Below are positions 20,890 to 30,838 of a stretch of 64,000 nt of DNA, piece by piece. Numbering within the stretch: the first letter of the stretch is position 1; each line of letters opens with the position of its first letter. This stretch comes from a virus. Taxonomy: Duplodnaviria; Caudoviricetes. The position numbers were made by a program, and so were the translations under genes. The notes beneath the pieces are model-generated. The model did no database searches. It was not told the origin of the DNA and saw nothing but the letters and a program-made list of their open reading frames with translations. Location of the stretch: positions 1 through 64,000 of the IMG/VR virus record IMGVR_UViG_3300032330_001692; one strand, written 5' to 3'.

Positions 20890-22688
20890 GCTAATACAGC
20901 CCTTAAACGGTTGGTTACTTGTGTTGCTAAAACTTCACGAATGCTGCGGGCGATCAACAGCTTGGGATCCCGTGTGCGTGGATTTTCTTGTGCGCCGCCT
21001 TCGGAAAAAGTGCCGTACGGGTTGCGCTGGTAAGTGTAAAACGCTGTGATCATACCTTCGCGTGATTGCGACATGCTTGTAACTTGAGCACTCTCAGCAA
21101 GTCTGCCACTACGGTAGTTTAACACATTCTTACTGGTGCCGGTGCCCATGTTCTGTTGAATTTGTTGTGAGAGGGCCAGGTTCAGCATGGTCTGTAAACT
21201 GGCCAAGCTGGTGAATTTGCCTTGCTGAGTGCGTAATCTTTGTGTAGTTTTGCGTACACCAATTTTAGAGCTAATGCCAGTAAGTTTTGGTTTACTTAAT
21301 ACTGGTTTACTTATCTTAGGTTTAGCAACCGGTTTTGGTGTTTTATTACGCCCAGTTGCTTTTGAAGAGCCGCCAGATGGCAACTTTTCACCAGTCATAG
21401 TAGTAGTTAGTTTTTTACTAATAGCAGTTAATACGGAGTCAGAGCCTTCAGCGTTTAATAATATATCTCCAAACTTATCTGAACTCTCAACTATTTTTTG
21501 AGCGTATTTTTTAACTATATCGTTTTCAGCAGTACTCAACTTAGTAGCTAGTTGTTTTGATACTTCGGCTAATTTACCTATTTCACTAAATATATTTTCT
21601 AGCTGTTGTGCGAATTGAATAGACTTAGGATTTCTTACGGATACAGTACTGCCCGGTGGAGTTATAAAACTGACATTTTTCGTATCGGAAATTAACTTTT
21701 CCAACTTTTTTCCTGCTGATAGTAATAAACTTCCAATCTCACTATTATCAATAGCTATCTGTATTTCAGCAGCAGATTTTGGGTTTAAAGGATCTGTATA
21801 TACTTCTTTTGATAACTGTACAAAAATTTCAGGATTTGTTTTTAATGAAGACGATAAAAAATCTATATACTCTAATGTATTAAATACTGCTGAAAATGTA
21901 TTATTTAGTTTTTCTACTTTCTTTTCGTCTTCTTTTTCATTTATATCTATATTTTTAAATATATCAACAGAAAGTTCACCTAGGCCATATTCTGTTTCAT
22001 TGGCATTTGCTCCAAAAGCTCTGAATAATTTTTGATTAAAAATTCCCAATAAGTGTCCTGCATCAGTATTGGCAGAAATAAACTCAACTAGTACTTTGCT
22101 ATTTTTCTTAAAGATTAAATACTCACTAAACAAAGTATTTATTGTAGCATGTGGTAAACTTTTTATATAAAATACAGAGTCATTCGGTTTTTCAACAGAG
22201 ATATTCTTATCTGTAATAAATTTTAAAAAATTATCGTAAAGATCCGGATCTAGTAAAACTTTTTCTGCTTCTGTTGCGAGTTCTACTACAGCTCGCTGTA
22301 AAGATGCTAATTCATCTTGCAAACCTGCGTCCCTATCTTTTACTATATACGCTTTTAAATGCTTTTTAAGCTCAGCGTACCCTGCTTGTTTACTAATTTT
22401 ACCATCTTTTCCTATAACGCGATAGCCTACTTTGCTGCTATCTTTAGATATACTAGCAAAACCTTTTGCTATATCATTTAAACCTTCTTTACCGAAAATA
22501 CCGTTTTGTTTGACGTTTGTTAGTAACCTAGTCATGTTTGTTGTAGTTACATCACTAGGTACAAACGTATTTCCAAACTGTTTACCAGGGTTCAACAGTT
22601 TGGCTTTTTGTATATCTTCATCTATATTTTTTACTAGGCTATCCAGTATTTTTTGTTGCAAAGTGGCACTAAGTTTACTAACGCTCAT
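20886..22688 (-). CDS. Tail completion protein (T5 p143-like C-terminus) with long N-terminal extension
   Basis: C-terminal LNYRSGRLAES...RDP..LI..SIRE motif; synteny between head completion and terminator genes. Confidence 0.65.
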   Translation of the reverse strand: MSVSKLSATLQQKILDSLVKNIDEDIQKAKLLNPGKQFGNTFVPSDVTTTNMTRLLTNVKQNGIFGKEGLNDIAKGFASISKDSSKVGYRVIGKDGKISKQAGYAELKKHLKAYIVKDRDAGLQDELASLQRAVVELATEAEKVLLDPDLYDNFLKFITDKNISVEKPNDSVFYIKSLPHATINTLFSEYLIFKKNSKVLVEFISANTDAGHLLGIFNQKLFRAFGANANETEYGLGELSVDIFKNIDINEKEDEKKVEKLNNTFSAVFNTLEYIDFLSSSLKTNPEIFVQLSKEVYTDPLNPKSAAEIQIAIDNSEIGSLLLSAGKKLEKLISDTKNVSFITPPGSTVSVRNPKSIQFAQQLENIFSEIGKLAEVSKQLATKLSTAENDIVKKYAQKIVESSDKFGDILLNAEGSDSVLTAISKKLTTTMTGEKLPSGGSSKATGRNKTPKPVAKPKISKPVLSKPKLTGISSKIGVRKTTQRLRTQQGKFTSLASLQTMLNLALSQQIQQNMGTGTSKNVLNYRSGRLAESAQVTSMSQSREGMITAFYTYQRNPYGTFSEGGAQENPRTRDPKLLIARSIREVLATQVTNRLRAVLA

Positions 22689-22690
22689 AA

Positions 22691-23311
22691 TCAGTTATAA
22701 CTGGCAGTATACAAGTCCAACACACGCTTGATGTGTGCAGGCAGGTTGGTGGTGTTCACATACTCAATCTGCATGGTGTTAAATCCACCGGTTTTTGCAG
22801 TGTGAATTGCTGAGTCGTTGCGTAAGTAGTAGGTAATCAAATCCAGCACAGCCAGCTTTAAATCTTCGGGTAAAGTTTCGTAACCTGCGGTGTATGTTAC
22901 GCGGTAGCCGTTTACGCGTTTGGGGAATGTGGGAGTAGCTGTGCGCTTTACAATGCCATCCCAGTAATCCGGCTGATATCCTATTACCTGAAGCGGAACG
23001 ATGCTGTCGTTTTCCAAGTCTAACACGTAATCAGTGAACTCTGTCATTTCAGAGTATGTGGCACCGTAGTCCAAGCTGTACTCTACTGATTGCACTTGCA
23101 GCACAGGAGTTTCTTGCAGCACAAACTGATCACCGCCCTTAAAGTTTTCTACTTTTGAATCATCTACCCAATCCACAAAAGTTCTGCGGCAGATTGATTT
23201 TACCAGTGCGCTTACTCTTGGGATTAGGGCTGTGATAGCTGTATCTTGGGTGGTACTTGTGATACCCACATAGGCCTTATACTGTGCCAGAGTAACTAAG
23301 TCAATGCCCAT
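22691..23311 (-). CDS. Head completion / head-tail connector (T5 p144-like)
   Basis: LVTL..YK.Y.GI, VTYTAGY..LP.DLKLA..DLI.YY, PAHIKRVLDLY. Confidence 0.85.
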   Translation of the reverse strand: MGIDLVTLAQYKAYVGITSTTQDTAITALIPRVSALVKSICRRTFVDWVDDSKVENFKGGDQFVLQETPVLQVQSVEYSLDYGATYSEMTEFTDYVLDLENDSIVPLQVIGYQPDYWDGIVKRTATPTFPKRVNGYRVTYTAGYETLPEDLKLAVLDLITYYLRNDSAIHTAKTGGFNTMQIEYVNTTNLPAHIKRVLDLYTASYN

Positions 23312-23351
23312 GGTTTCTCCTTGTCTTTTTCTAAGAGTCTGCCCTTAGAAA

Positions 23352-23378
23352 AAGACAGGAACCGAAGTTCCTGTCTGT
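23352..23378 (-). terminator. Intrinsic terminator after major capsid gene
   Basis: AGACAGGAAC-TTCG-GTTCCTGTCT-TTTT on the minus strand. Confidence 0.8.
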
Positions 23379-23386
23379 TTTAAAAA

Positions 23387-24796
23387 TTAGCTTGCGTAGC
23401 GTAAGCTTACAACACCAGCACCATAAGCAGTGCTTAGTTGTTGGAAACCAGTACGCATACTGGCAACCATTACACGACGCTGAGTCTCAACTAACTCTTG
23501 AGTATCAACACGTAGACCACGCTGGCTACCAACTACGAAGTTGTTTGTGTAGATAGCAAAACCGCCTACGTTGGTGTCTGCAGCCCAAGCGTTTGATGAA
23601 GCAGCAGTACCAGTAGCTGGCTTTTCTGGTAGTTCGCCGGTAACTAGAACTGGTGAGTTACCAATCTGACCGATTTGACCAGTTAGTAAAGTAGCCTGAG
23701 GACCAACCTGGTTCATAGTCTGGAATGTAGTATCTTCTAGTAGATCGTAGTACACAGAGCTATTAACAACGAAGGTAACGTCAGCGGGATCAAGACCCAT
23801 TACACCTAGCTTGGCACGCATAGCACGCATGTTAGCAACAGTGATTGCTGTACCAACTGCTGCTGATACCGCAGTAGCTGTGGTAGATGCATAACGAGTT
23901 AGACCCTTAACTGGATCTGAGCCTGAACCAGCACCTTGCACGTAAGCGCGATCGATTGCACGAGCAATACGACGAACCATGGCTTCACGAATAAAAGGTA
24001 GAAGCACGATTAGTGAATCTTCTTCTTCTTCGTAGTTTAGGTATTCCTTGGTTGCTACCTTGTACGCATTCAGGGTGATTTCCTTGATTGCGTGTGGGCT
24101 ACCTGCACCAATGGTACCAGTACTAGTAGCAGTAGTACCACCAGCAGAAGCTGAAGCACCAAAGTCACTGTTCTGAGCCCATGAAGCTAAACCTGCATCT
24201 GGGTTTAGAGGAATGGTCATGACGTTGGTCTTCATGTCGATTGAGCGGAATAGAGGCGCTACAATCAGCTTGCGACGAATGTCTTGTTCCATGCTTAGTG
24301 AAACTTCTAGTTCCCAGGTAGCTGAGGGTAAGTGCTGACCGTACTTCTGAACTAGTTCTTGACCGAACTTGGTGTCGGCAATAGTCTTACGTGTGAAGTT
24401 GGCTAGTAGAACTGCCTTTTCTTTCTCAGCGTAAGTTGGGCCTGTGCTCTTGTTGTTGTCGCCGAAGCTCATCTTTGAAGCTTGTAGCTTGGCAAGTTCG
24501 TCAGCCTTTTCCTTCAGAACAGCTTCTAGACCAGCTAGGGCTGACTTTGATTCTTGGCTTTGGGCTTCTAGACGCTGAGTAACTTCAGCTAGTAGACGCT
24601 CTGCACCGGTATCCACAGTCTTTACTGAGGCAGCAACAGCGGCCTTTACCTTGGCGTCAAATTCTTCTTGAGCTTTGGCTTCTGCTTGGGCTTGAGCAGC
24701 TTGCTCGGCTTGTGCAGCTAGTAGTGACTTGGTGGCTTGCTCAGCAGCGCTCTTTGCGGCGTCAGCTAGCATTTGCTTGATTTCTTCTGGATTCAT
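23387..24796 (-). CDS. Major capsid protein from internal in-frame start (469 aa)
   Basis: AAAGGAATGGAAC-ATG RBS and start at 24796 (MNPEEIKQML). Confidence 0.7.
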   Translation of the reverse strand: MNPEEIKQMLADAAKSAAEQATKSLLAAQAEQAAQAQAEAKAQEEFDAKVKAAVAASVKTVDTGAERLLAEVTQRLEAQSQESKSALAGLEAVLKEKADELAKLQASKMSFGDNNKSTGPTYAEKEKAVLLANFTRKTIADTKFGQELVQKYGQHLPSATWELEVSLSMEQDIRRKLIVAPLFRSIDMKTNVMTIPLNPDAGLASWAQNSDFGASASAGGTTATSTGTIGAGSPHAIKEITLNAYKVATKEYLNYEEEEDSLIVLLPFIREAMVRRIARAIDRAYVQGAGSGSDPVKGLTRYASTTATAVSAAVGTAITVANMRAMRAKLGVMGLDPADVTFVVNSSVYYDLLEDTTFQTMNQVGPQATLLTGQIGQIGNSPVLVTGELPEKPATGTAASSNAWAADTNVGGFAIYTNNFVVGSQRGLRVDTQELVETQRRVMVASMRTGFQQLSTAYGAGVVSLRYAS

Positions 24797-25396
24797 GTTC
24801 CATTCCTTTGATGTTGTGCTGTTTGCCGTTGTGTTGGTTTCTAGCCCTTTAGCTACATTACCTGCAACTGCAAATTGCTTCTTAAACTCGTTGTACTCCT
24901 CGGCATGTGAGAACGCCTTGGCCAAACTAAAAATCGTATTTTGGTTGCAAGGAACCGACACAATCGAAATTTCGACTAGTTCCAGTTCTTTTACCATAAA
25001 TATTTCGCTTGCAGCATTATATTCAGCGTCAATTACTCGGAATCCGATACTGAACGCTGTTAATACTTTGTCTTTTACTAAATTAAAAATTTCAGCGGCT
25101 GCTGATACTCTTGCTTTAATCCATAAGCCCTTTGAGTCTATTCTGTAATCAACCATGCGTCCAACAGGGTCGTCATGGTCATGCTGAGCCAGAATAATAG
25201 GGTTCTTAAGATAGTTTTGAATTCCTTTTTCCCATACTTGAGTACTCACCACGTCGCCTGCGCGGTCTACGTCGTTTGTACTAGCATAGCCTTCAATGAA
25301 GATTGAATCAATCACATCTGTGGCTGAGGGTAAGGCATCTTTTGTATCTTTTATGGAAAAAGCACTATTTAAGTATAGTACTTTTGTTTTATCCAT
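23387..25396 (-). CDS. Prohead protease - major capsid protein in-frame fusion (HK97 fold)
   Basis: N-terminal HK97-type protease (IEGYAST..VDR.GDVV, FSIGF, L.EISIVSVP.N), then coiled-coil scaffold and T5 pb8-like capsid; start MDKTKV with GAAAGGA RBS. Confidence 0.9.
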   Translation of the reverse strand: MDKTKVLYLNSAFSIKDTKDALPSATDVIDSIFIEGYASTNDVDRAGDVVSTQVWEKGIQNYLKNPIILAQHDHDDPVGRMVDYRIDSKGLWIKARVSAAAEIFNLVKDKVLTAFSIGFRVIDAEYNAASEIFMVKELELVEISIVSVPCNQNTIFSLAKAFSHAEEYNEFKKQFAVAGNVAKGLETNTTANSTTSKEWNMNPEEIKQMLADAAKSAAEQATKSLLAAQAEQAAQAQAEAKAQEEFDAKVKAAVAASVKTVDTGAERLLAEVTQRLEAQSQESKSALAGLEAVLKEKADELAKLQASKMSFGDNNKSTGPTYAEKEKAVLLANFTRKTIADTKFGQELVQKYGQHLPSATWELEVSLSMEQDIRRKLIVAPLFRSIDMKTNVMTIPLNPDAGLASWAQNSDFGASASAGGTTATSTGTIGAGSPHAIKEITLNAYKVATKEYLNYEEEEDSLIVLLPFIREAMVRRIARAIDRAYVQGAGSGSDPVKGLTRYASTTATAVSAAVGTAITVANMRAMRAKLGVMGLDPADVTFVVNSSVYYDLLEDTTFQTMNQVGPQATLLTGQIGQIGNSPVLVTGELPEKPATGTAASSNAWAADTNVGGFAIYTNNFVVGSQRGLRVDTQELVETQRRVMVASMRTGFQQLSTAYGAGVVSLRYAS

Positions 25397-25406
25397 AATT
25401 TTCCTT

Positions 25407-26609
25407 TCACGCAGCTTGATCAGCTGCTGGGGGTTTCTTGGGCGCACCCCCTACACCTGGATCTACTGCAGACCCAGCAATATTAGCTGGAATTCTCAAG
25501 TCATCGGCTCCGGGTTTTGGGTCGTATCGTAGTTCAACACGCGCTTCGTTTGGTGATAAAATACCACCGTTTACTAAAGTTGTGTGATACGATGCAATGT
25601 CTTTTAAGTCTGGTTGCAAGGCGCTGACATTTGCTGTAATAGGCTGAATGTCATAGCCAAAATAGCGTTCAACTGCTGAAGTAAACTTCACTGCAATTGG
25701 CATTACTGTTTCTAAGTAAAACAAACGCAGGTTAGGATTAATATTGGCATTGTTGCCGCCGTCCAATAAAATAGGCGGCACACCTAAAGCCTTTAAAATC
25801 TTTGCATCGTGTGTTTTAATGGAGTTGTCAAAATCCATTTCAGAAAACGACTGCGTCATGCTTGAAAACGGTTTCAAACCCGAGTCCAAGATCATGGGCT
25901 TGCGAGCACCATTTTTAGGACTGTAACGAGTTTGCCAGTTTTGAATTGTTTTGTCTTTTGCAACCTGGCTCAACGTATTTTCTGAGGTTAAGATCAAACC
26001 TGTAACAGCACCATTTTCAAAGAACTGTTCTTGGAATGTTTGCATTTTGTACATGATCTTGATGTTGCGATCTGCACTTTGCAATCTGCTGATGCCTCGG
26101 TAAATGCTTTGAGAATTCAAGTCTTTTATGTGTAAAACTTCGTCCGGCTTGAACATTATCTGACCCATGTAACGGTAACCGCTTACAAAGGTTTTTGTAT
26201 CTGTTTCTATTGTTACTCGTGAAGCTGGCAAGTGGTATAAATGCACACCGTCCCAGTATAAGAATATGTTGCCTTCTAGTAAAAAGTCTGTGAATATGTT
26301 GTTTCGGAAGTCTTGAGCACTTTGATAGGGGTTGGCTGTAAAATTAAGCAAGTTATTTAACTGCTTTTGTCGTACACCTTGTACCACTCCGTCAATTTTC
26401 TTGTCTTTTACGTCGTAGTCTAAGCTACTGCAGGCGCTAACAATCATGTTAACACCGCGGTTCACACACTCTAAATTGTCAAAAGCCTGCGCATAAGTTA
26501 TTTGATAGCCGGAACCAATAAAAGTTCCTTCTTGGCGTGCGATAACTTCTTGAGCAGGGTTTAGCTTTTCAGACGGTGTGAACCAAGTTCTGGGATCATA
26601 CCAGGTCAT
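25407..26609 (-). CDS. Portal protein (T5 pb7 / HK97 family)
   Basis: EKLNPAQ, FFENGA, ALGVPPILL, NEAR motifs. Confidence 0.92.
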   Translation of the reverse strand: MTWYDPRTWFTPSEKLNPAQEVIARQEGTFIGSGYQITYAQAFDNLECVNRGVNMIVSACSSLDYDVKDKKIDGVVQGVRQKQLNNLLNFTANPYQSAQDFRNNIFTDFLLEGNIFLYWDGVHLYHLPASRVTIETDTKTFVSGYRYMGQIMFKPDEVLHIKDLNSQSIYRGISRLQSADRNIKIMYKMQTFQEQFFENGAVTGLILTSENTLSQVAKDKTIQNWQTRYSPKNGARKPMILDSGLKPFSSMTQSFSEMDFDNSIKTHDAKILKALGVPPILLDGGNNANINPNLRLFYLETVMPIAVKFTSAVERYFGYDIQPITANVSALQPDLKDIASYHTTLVNGGILSPNEARVELRYDPKPGADDLRIPANIAGSAVDPGVGGAPKKPPAADQAA

Positions 26610-27052
26610 GGTTTTCCTTTGTAAAATCGTGCAAAGGAACTCAAGCTCGTCCCAGGCTTTTTCTCCTGTGGTTCACCTAGAGCTTTTGCGCGTTGTTTTT
26701 CAATCCATGTACCCTGTTTTGCTGCAGTTGAAAGAGCTGGAGCTTTACCGTACACACTGTGTAAAGCTACGTGATGAGGGTTACACAGTGTAAACACATC
26801 ATCGTAGATTTCCTTGCGGTGTTGTTCAATAAACTCGTCTCGTACAGCTAAGATTCCGGAATCCGTGGAAATGTCATAGTGCATTTTTTCGGCCCAGTTG
26901 TTCAGCAGCAGAGTAATGGAGTGGGTGTGGTGTAATTCTAGGTCTTCATGCGTGCCACAGATGTGGCAATGATCCTGCTTGTCGTAAGCTGACTTTGCCC
27001 TGTCTCGTACCCACTTTACCGGAATACGATTATTACCTGTGTTCTTTGCCAT
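26606..27052 (-). CDS. HNH nicking endonuclease (T5-type)
   Basis: CHICG...LELHH...TLC..HH..LH..YG; lies between terL and portal as in T5. Confidence 0.8.
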   Translation of the reverse strand: MAKNTGNNRIPVKWVRDRAKSAYDKQDHCHICGTHEDLELHHTHSITLLLNNWAEKMHYDISTDSGILAVRDEFIEQHRKEIYDDVFTLCNPHHVALHSVYGKAPALSTAAKQGTWIEKQRAKALGEPQEKKPGTSLSSFARFYKGKP

Positions 27053-27079
27053 TTTTACACCGAATTTTTAAACTTTCTT

Positions 27080-27108
27080 ATTATAGCACCTAGGCAAGCC
27101 CACGTCAA
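27080..27108 (-). promoter_or_regulatory. Late promoter for head genes
   Basis: TTGACG-N17-TATAAT. Confidence 0.7.
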
Positions 27109-27152
27109 CCTGAAAATTTTTCCAACCACAAAGCCCAAACACACCTAAACTT

Positions 27153-28454
27153 TTACAGGGTATAGGTGTATAAAGCATAACGCAATGCATCTGCCATGTG
27201 CGAATGCTCATCGTGTTTGGGTTTTTCTTGTGTGAGCGTTTCACGGTCGTCCCATTTGTACTGGTCCAACATTTGCAGGGTTACAGCACAATGCGGAGCT
27301 ACTCTGAGCCGGTTTTGAGCCACTAAGGTCTGCACATAAGCAATGCCTGGTAGTCGGTCCTTTTTGGCCCGTATAGTAGCAATGTCGTAAGTGTAAGCTA
27401 AATCAGCTGCAAACTGTGCGGCGGCTGAATCAATGAAGATGGTTTCCAGCCCGTATTTGGTGACAAACTCTGACAGCTTTTCCGCATGCTTTGCAGTCAC
27501 AGCCTGAGCGTCCTGATATTCATCTACTACCCAGAACACATCTTCCAGGGGAGAATACGCCAGCACACAAAATGCAGTGGGATCACGGTAACCTGGGTCT
27601 AGTCCAGCAAAGTACTCGCAACCGTCGTGATGTGTGAACTCTTGCACTGAGGTCTCTTGAAAGTCAAAAATCTGACCTTCAAAGGTGTTGAATGAGGCCA
27701 TGTACTCTTGCTCGAATTCTGCAGGCGACATGGCTCGGCGTGCCTCCAGTACATCTGACTCTTGCATTCGTGTATTCTCCGTATAATCTGCATGCAAAGA
27801 AATCCACTCGGGATAGTCTGCTGAAAAACCACGCTGAAAAAACTTTGAAAACCAGTTGTTTTTGCCTCGCGGCGTTGAAATGAAAATGGCTTTTGATCCG
27901 GGCCGGTCTAGAGTAGGACGTAAACTCACGTTGAATGCATTTTCTGCGTCTGAGCCTAAAGCCGCTTCGTCGAATATAATCAAGTCGTATGAGCGGCCCA
28001 CACATGAATCTACTGTTGAAATAGAACCCATGCGGATGGTTGAACCATTCTCCAGCTCAATCACCTTGTCTTTGAGATTGTCCTTGGCTACTTCTAGGTC
28101 AAAGTGCTTGATGAAACGGCGTTGCAGCTCAAACGAGATTGAACTCAAGTTGTAGTTCGGCGACATGATCAAGACGTTCGATCCTGGGATCAAGGTAACC
28201 AGCTGTCCGATTACATTGGAGATGAACGTTTTGCCCAGTCGTCGTGATAAGGCAGCACAGATGAAACGGTACTGAGGTGAGTTGGCTGCGTTGATCAAGG
28301 CAATTTGCGGACGATTGAGCTCATCATAGACGTTTTGACCGTTGAAGTTTAAAAGCTTCAAGTATCCTGCAATAGGCAGCTTTATGAATCGTGAATCCGC
28401 TGGATAGTCCGTGATCAGCTCTGCGGAAATGTCTGAGCGTGAAACTTTAAGCAT
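27153..28454 (-). CDS. terL: Terminase large subunit
   Basis: Walker A SRRLGKT, Walker B IIFDEAA, ISTP, RNase H-like GLDPG and SHMADALRY. Confidence 0.95.
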   Translation of the reverse strand: MLKVSRSDISAELITDYPADSRFIKLPIAGYLKLLNFNGQNVYDELNRPQIALINAANSPQYRFICAALSRRLGKTFISNVIGQLVTLIPGSNVLIMSPNYNLSSISFELQRRFIKHFDLEVAKDNLKDKVIELENGSTIRMGSISTVDSCVGRSYDLIIFDEAALGSDAENAFNVSLRPTLDRPGSKAIFISTPRGKNNWFSKFFQRGFSADYPEWISLHADYTENTRMQESDVLEARRAMSPAEFEQEYMASFNTFEGQIFDFQETSVQEFTHHDGCEYFAGLDPGYRDPTAFCVLAYSPLEDVFWVVDEYQDAQAVTAKHAEKLSEFVTKYGLETIFIDSAAAQFAADLAYTYDIATIRAKKDRLPGIAYVQTLVAQNRLRVAPHCAVTLQMLDQYKWDDRETLTQEKPKHDEHSHMADALRYALYTYTL

Positions 28455-28920
28455 TGGACTTGACCAACCGTTCAATGAGTTGGTGGTAATTCGAACCACC
28501 AGTTTCATTAATCTGAATATTGGTTTGAGTGCGCAAGTTTGAACCCTTCAACTTTTCCAGCTGAATCTGCCGGTCTAGAGTTTCCATGGTCATTTTGTGT
28601 GAGAGTGCTAAAATCTCCAGAATATCCTTTGACGATCCCACGTCGGCTTCGTCTAGTTCCTGAAACTTTTTCTGAATGATGGCGTCCATGGCATCACGCA
28701 TGCGGAATCGATTGTTGAAGCCTGTGTCGAAAAACACTTGATCGATGTAAGCTTTGACTTCTCTGCGTGCTAAAATGTTTGTGACTAGTTCAGTGGACAC
28801 TGAGAGTTCATCAGCTACTTCTTGTGCCGACTGTTTTATGAGATAACAGTTGGCGATTTCGAGTGCTTCAGGTGAGATTTCCAAAACCTCAGCAGGATGT
28901 GTGGTGGGCAAGTTTTTCAT
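28447..28920 (-). CDS. terS: Terminase small subunit (T5-like)
   Basis: ISPE.LE.AN.YL, REVK.YID.VF.D.G.NNR, SSKDI motifs; directly upstream of terL. Confidence 0.8.
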   Translation of the reverse strand: MKNLPTTHPAEVLEISPEALEIANCYLIKQSAQEVADELSVSTELVTNILARREVKAYIDQVFFDTGFNNRFRMRDAMDAIIQKKFQELDEADVGSSKDILEILALSHKMTMETLDRQIQLEKLKGSNLRTQTNIQINETGGSNYHQLIERLVKSNA

Positions 28921-28949
28921 GGTGGTGTAAATTCAGTGGGGTTAGGGCA

Positions 28950-28978
28950 ATTATAACACGTGGGTTGGGTACTGGCAA
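28950..28978 (-). promoter_or_regulatory. Late promoter for terminase genes
   Basis: TTGCCA-N17-TATAAT. Confidence 0.65.
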
Positions 28979-29626
28979 GTTAAAAAATTTGTGGGGTTGT
29001 GCGGTGGTTGTGGTGGTTTGTGCAGTGCTGGGCACCCAAAAGTTTTGTGGAAAATTTCTGAAATAGGCCGTGTTGGTGGGCCCCAGACCTTAGGGTAAAC
29101 CCCTAGTCTGACAACCGGCCCTGGTAGGGTAAGTCCTAGTAGGGTCAACCCTACTAGGACTTCTACCTATTGCGCACTTTGCGCAACGCGCTGCGCAGCA
29201 TACGCGCGAAAAAGTGCGATAGCCTGGGCTTGCCTGGCGCGGTATTGTTGCTGTGTTTGCTGTGACATGCTGTAATTCTCGCTCAGAGTGTGAAGGGCAA
29301 CCATAGGGGTTTCCCCCTATGGCATTCAATCAATAATCACTCGGGTGATGTGATCGCCTTCAAAGAACACGTAATAGCTCACACGCCCACACACAACGCC
29401 CCAGCATCGATTGGCCGGGTAAACGTCGATGTTGCTGCCGAAGCGCGTGGTGATGGCTTGAAACTGAGCGGTGGTAAGGTCAGGCATGGTGCGTTCCTGT
29501 GTTGGTGTGAACAGAGTATAACGCATGTTCTGGACGACCTGGCAAAAGACCACACAAAATGTAGGTCTTGACGTGACTGGTTTTTCTGCTTTATACTACG
29601 TCATCGGATCAAAAAAGGAACGCAAC

Positions 29627-30337
29627 ATGTACGAAGTTTCAGCCCAAATGATTGACGACACCTGCCACCAGGTGCGGGTTACCGCGTCGAATTCCATGTT
29701 CGTGGAAGTGGGCGACGTGTGGAACATGCAGGAACTGGATCAGTTCTGTGAGCGTGAGATGATCGACTTGGTGATTTTCTAAAAAGGAACTGTGATGATT
29801 AAGCCTCTGGAATTGAACTACCTGCCCCTGGAAGCGCGCATGGCTGCTGCCGATGCTGCCCTGGTGTACGCTAACCGCTTGAGCGATCCGTGTGCCACTG
29901 GTTGGGAAATCGGCGAAGCACTGGACACCCTGCAAGCGGCGTGTTATCATCTCGTTACCCTGCAACTTAACAAGGATTGACGTGTCGAAATTGAGTGATT
30001 TGAGCACCCAGATTCAGGATATGCTGGAATCTGGCATGGAACCCGAAACTGTAGCGCGCGTGTTGGAAGTGCCTGTGTCATGGGTGTTTGTGGAAATTGA
30101 GCAGGATCAAGAAGATTCGGCAAACTGGTATAACCCGAATCCTCGGTTTGATTGGTAACAGAAACTAAAGGAGATAACATGCAGTTCTTTATGCTGGAAT
30201 GGTGGGACATGAATCAAGGTAAGTATCATCAAGAGTATTACCAAACCTTTGAGGCTTTGTCTGCCAGGTTTATCATGTTGCGTGATAACGTGCCCGACAG
30301 CCGCCCGGAAGTTACCACCTGTCTGATGGGCGACTAA
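29627..30337 (+). CDS. Cluster of four small pre-early hypothetical genes
   Basis: Short ORFs, most with AAGGA RBS, downstream of promoter TTGACG..TATACT at 29568-29597. Confidence 0.55.
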
Positions 30338-30495
30338 ATAATAAGGGGAAACCCTTATTATTTGCGCCGATATTATACCACCTAATATCGGGCCGCGTCA
30401 AGAACTTTCTTCTAGGTGTTTCCACCTATGAAATAGTTGGTTGTGGCCTGGTGGCTGGTGTATACTGTGTTCACTCACTCAAACAAGGAAATCAA

Positions 30496-30708
30496 ATGGA
30501 CTACGCTCTCTACTCCACTGACGAACTGGCAGGCATCTTTTCGGACTACTACAAAGACGTGCATGGCATCCGCCCTCGCTGGATTGACCACACTGATCGT
30601 GGGGTTTTGATGGCAGGGTTGACGGCGCTGGACGATTACATGGCACACATGCGCAGTACGCCCGAGGGACGTGAAGAACTGCGCGAGCAGGGCTGGGTGC
30701 TGGGCTGA
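30496..30708 (+). CDS. Pre-early hypothetical protein
   Basis: AAGGAAATCAA-ATG; SDYYKDVHG.RPR motif common in phage early proteins. Confidence 0.65.
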   Translation: MDYALYSTDELAGIFSDYYKDVHGIRPRWIDHTDRGVLMAGLTALDDYMAHMRSTPEGREELREQGWVLG

Positions 30709-30838
30709 CAAAAGACCCCACCAACTGTGGGTCTTTTTGGCGCCAAAATTATATCACTAATTTTGGGGCCGGGTCAAGAACTTTTTTCTAGGTGTTTTCA
30801 CCTATGTTAACCTGGCAGGCACTAAGCGAGAATACCGC

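Noticed and set aside
3975-28155. Numerous + strand or nested ORFs inside structural genes
   Set aside because: Antisense or off-frame shadows of long conserved genes.
30445-30462. E. coli Chi site
   Set aside because: The sequence is GCTGGTGT, not GCTGGTGG, and the host is unlikely to be enteric.
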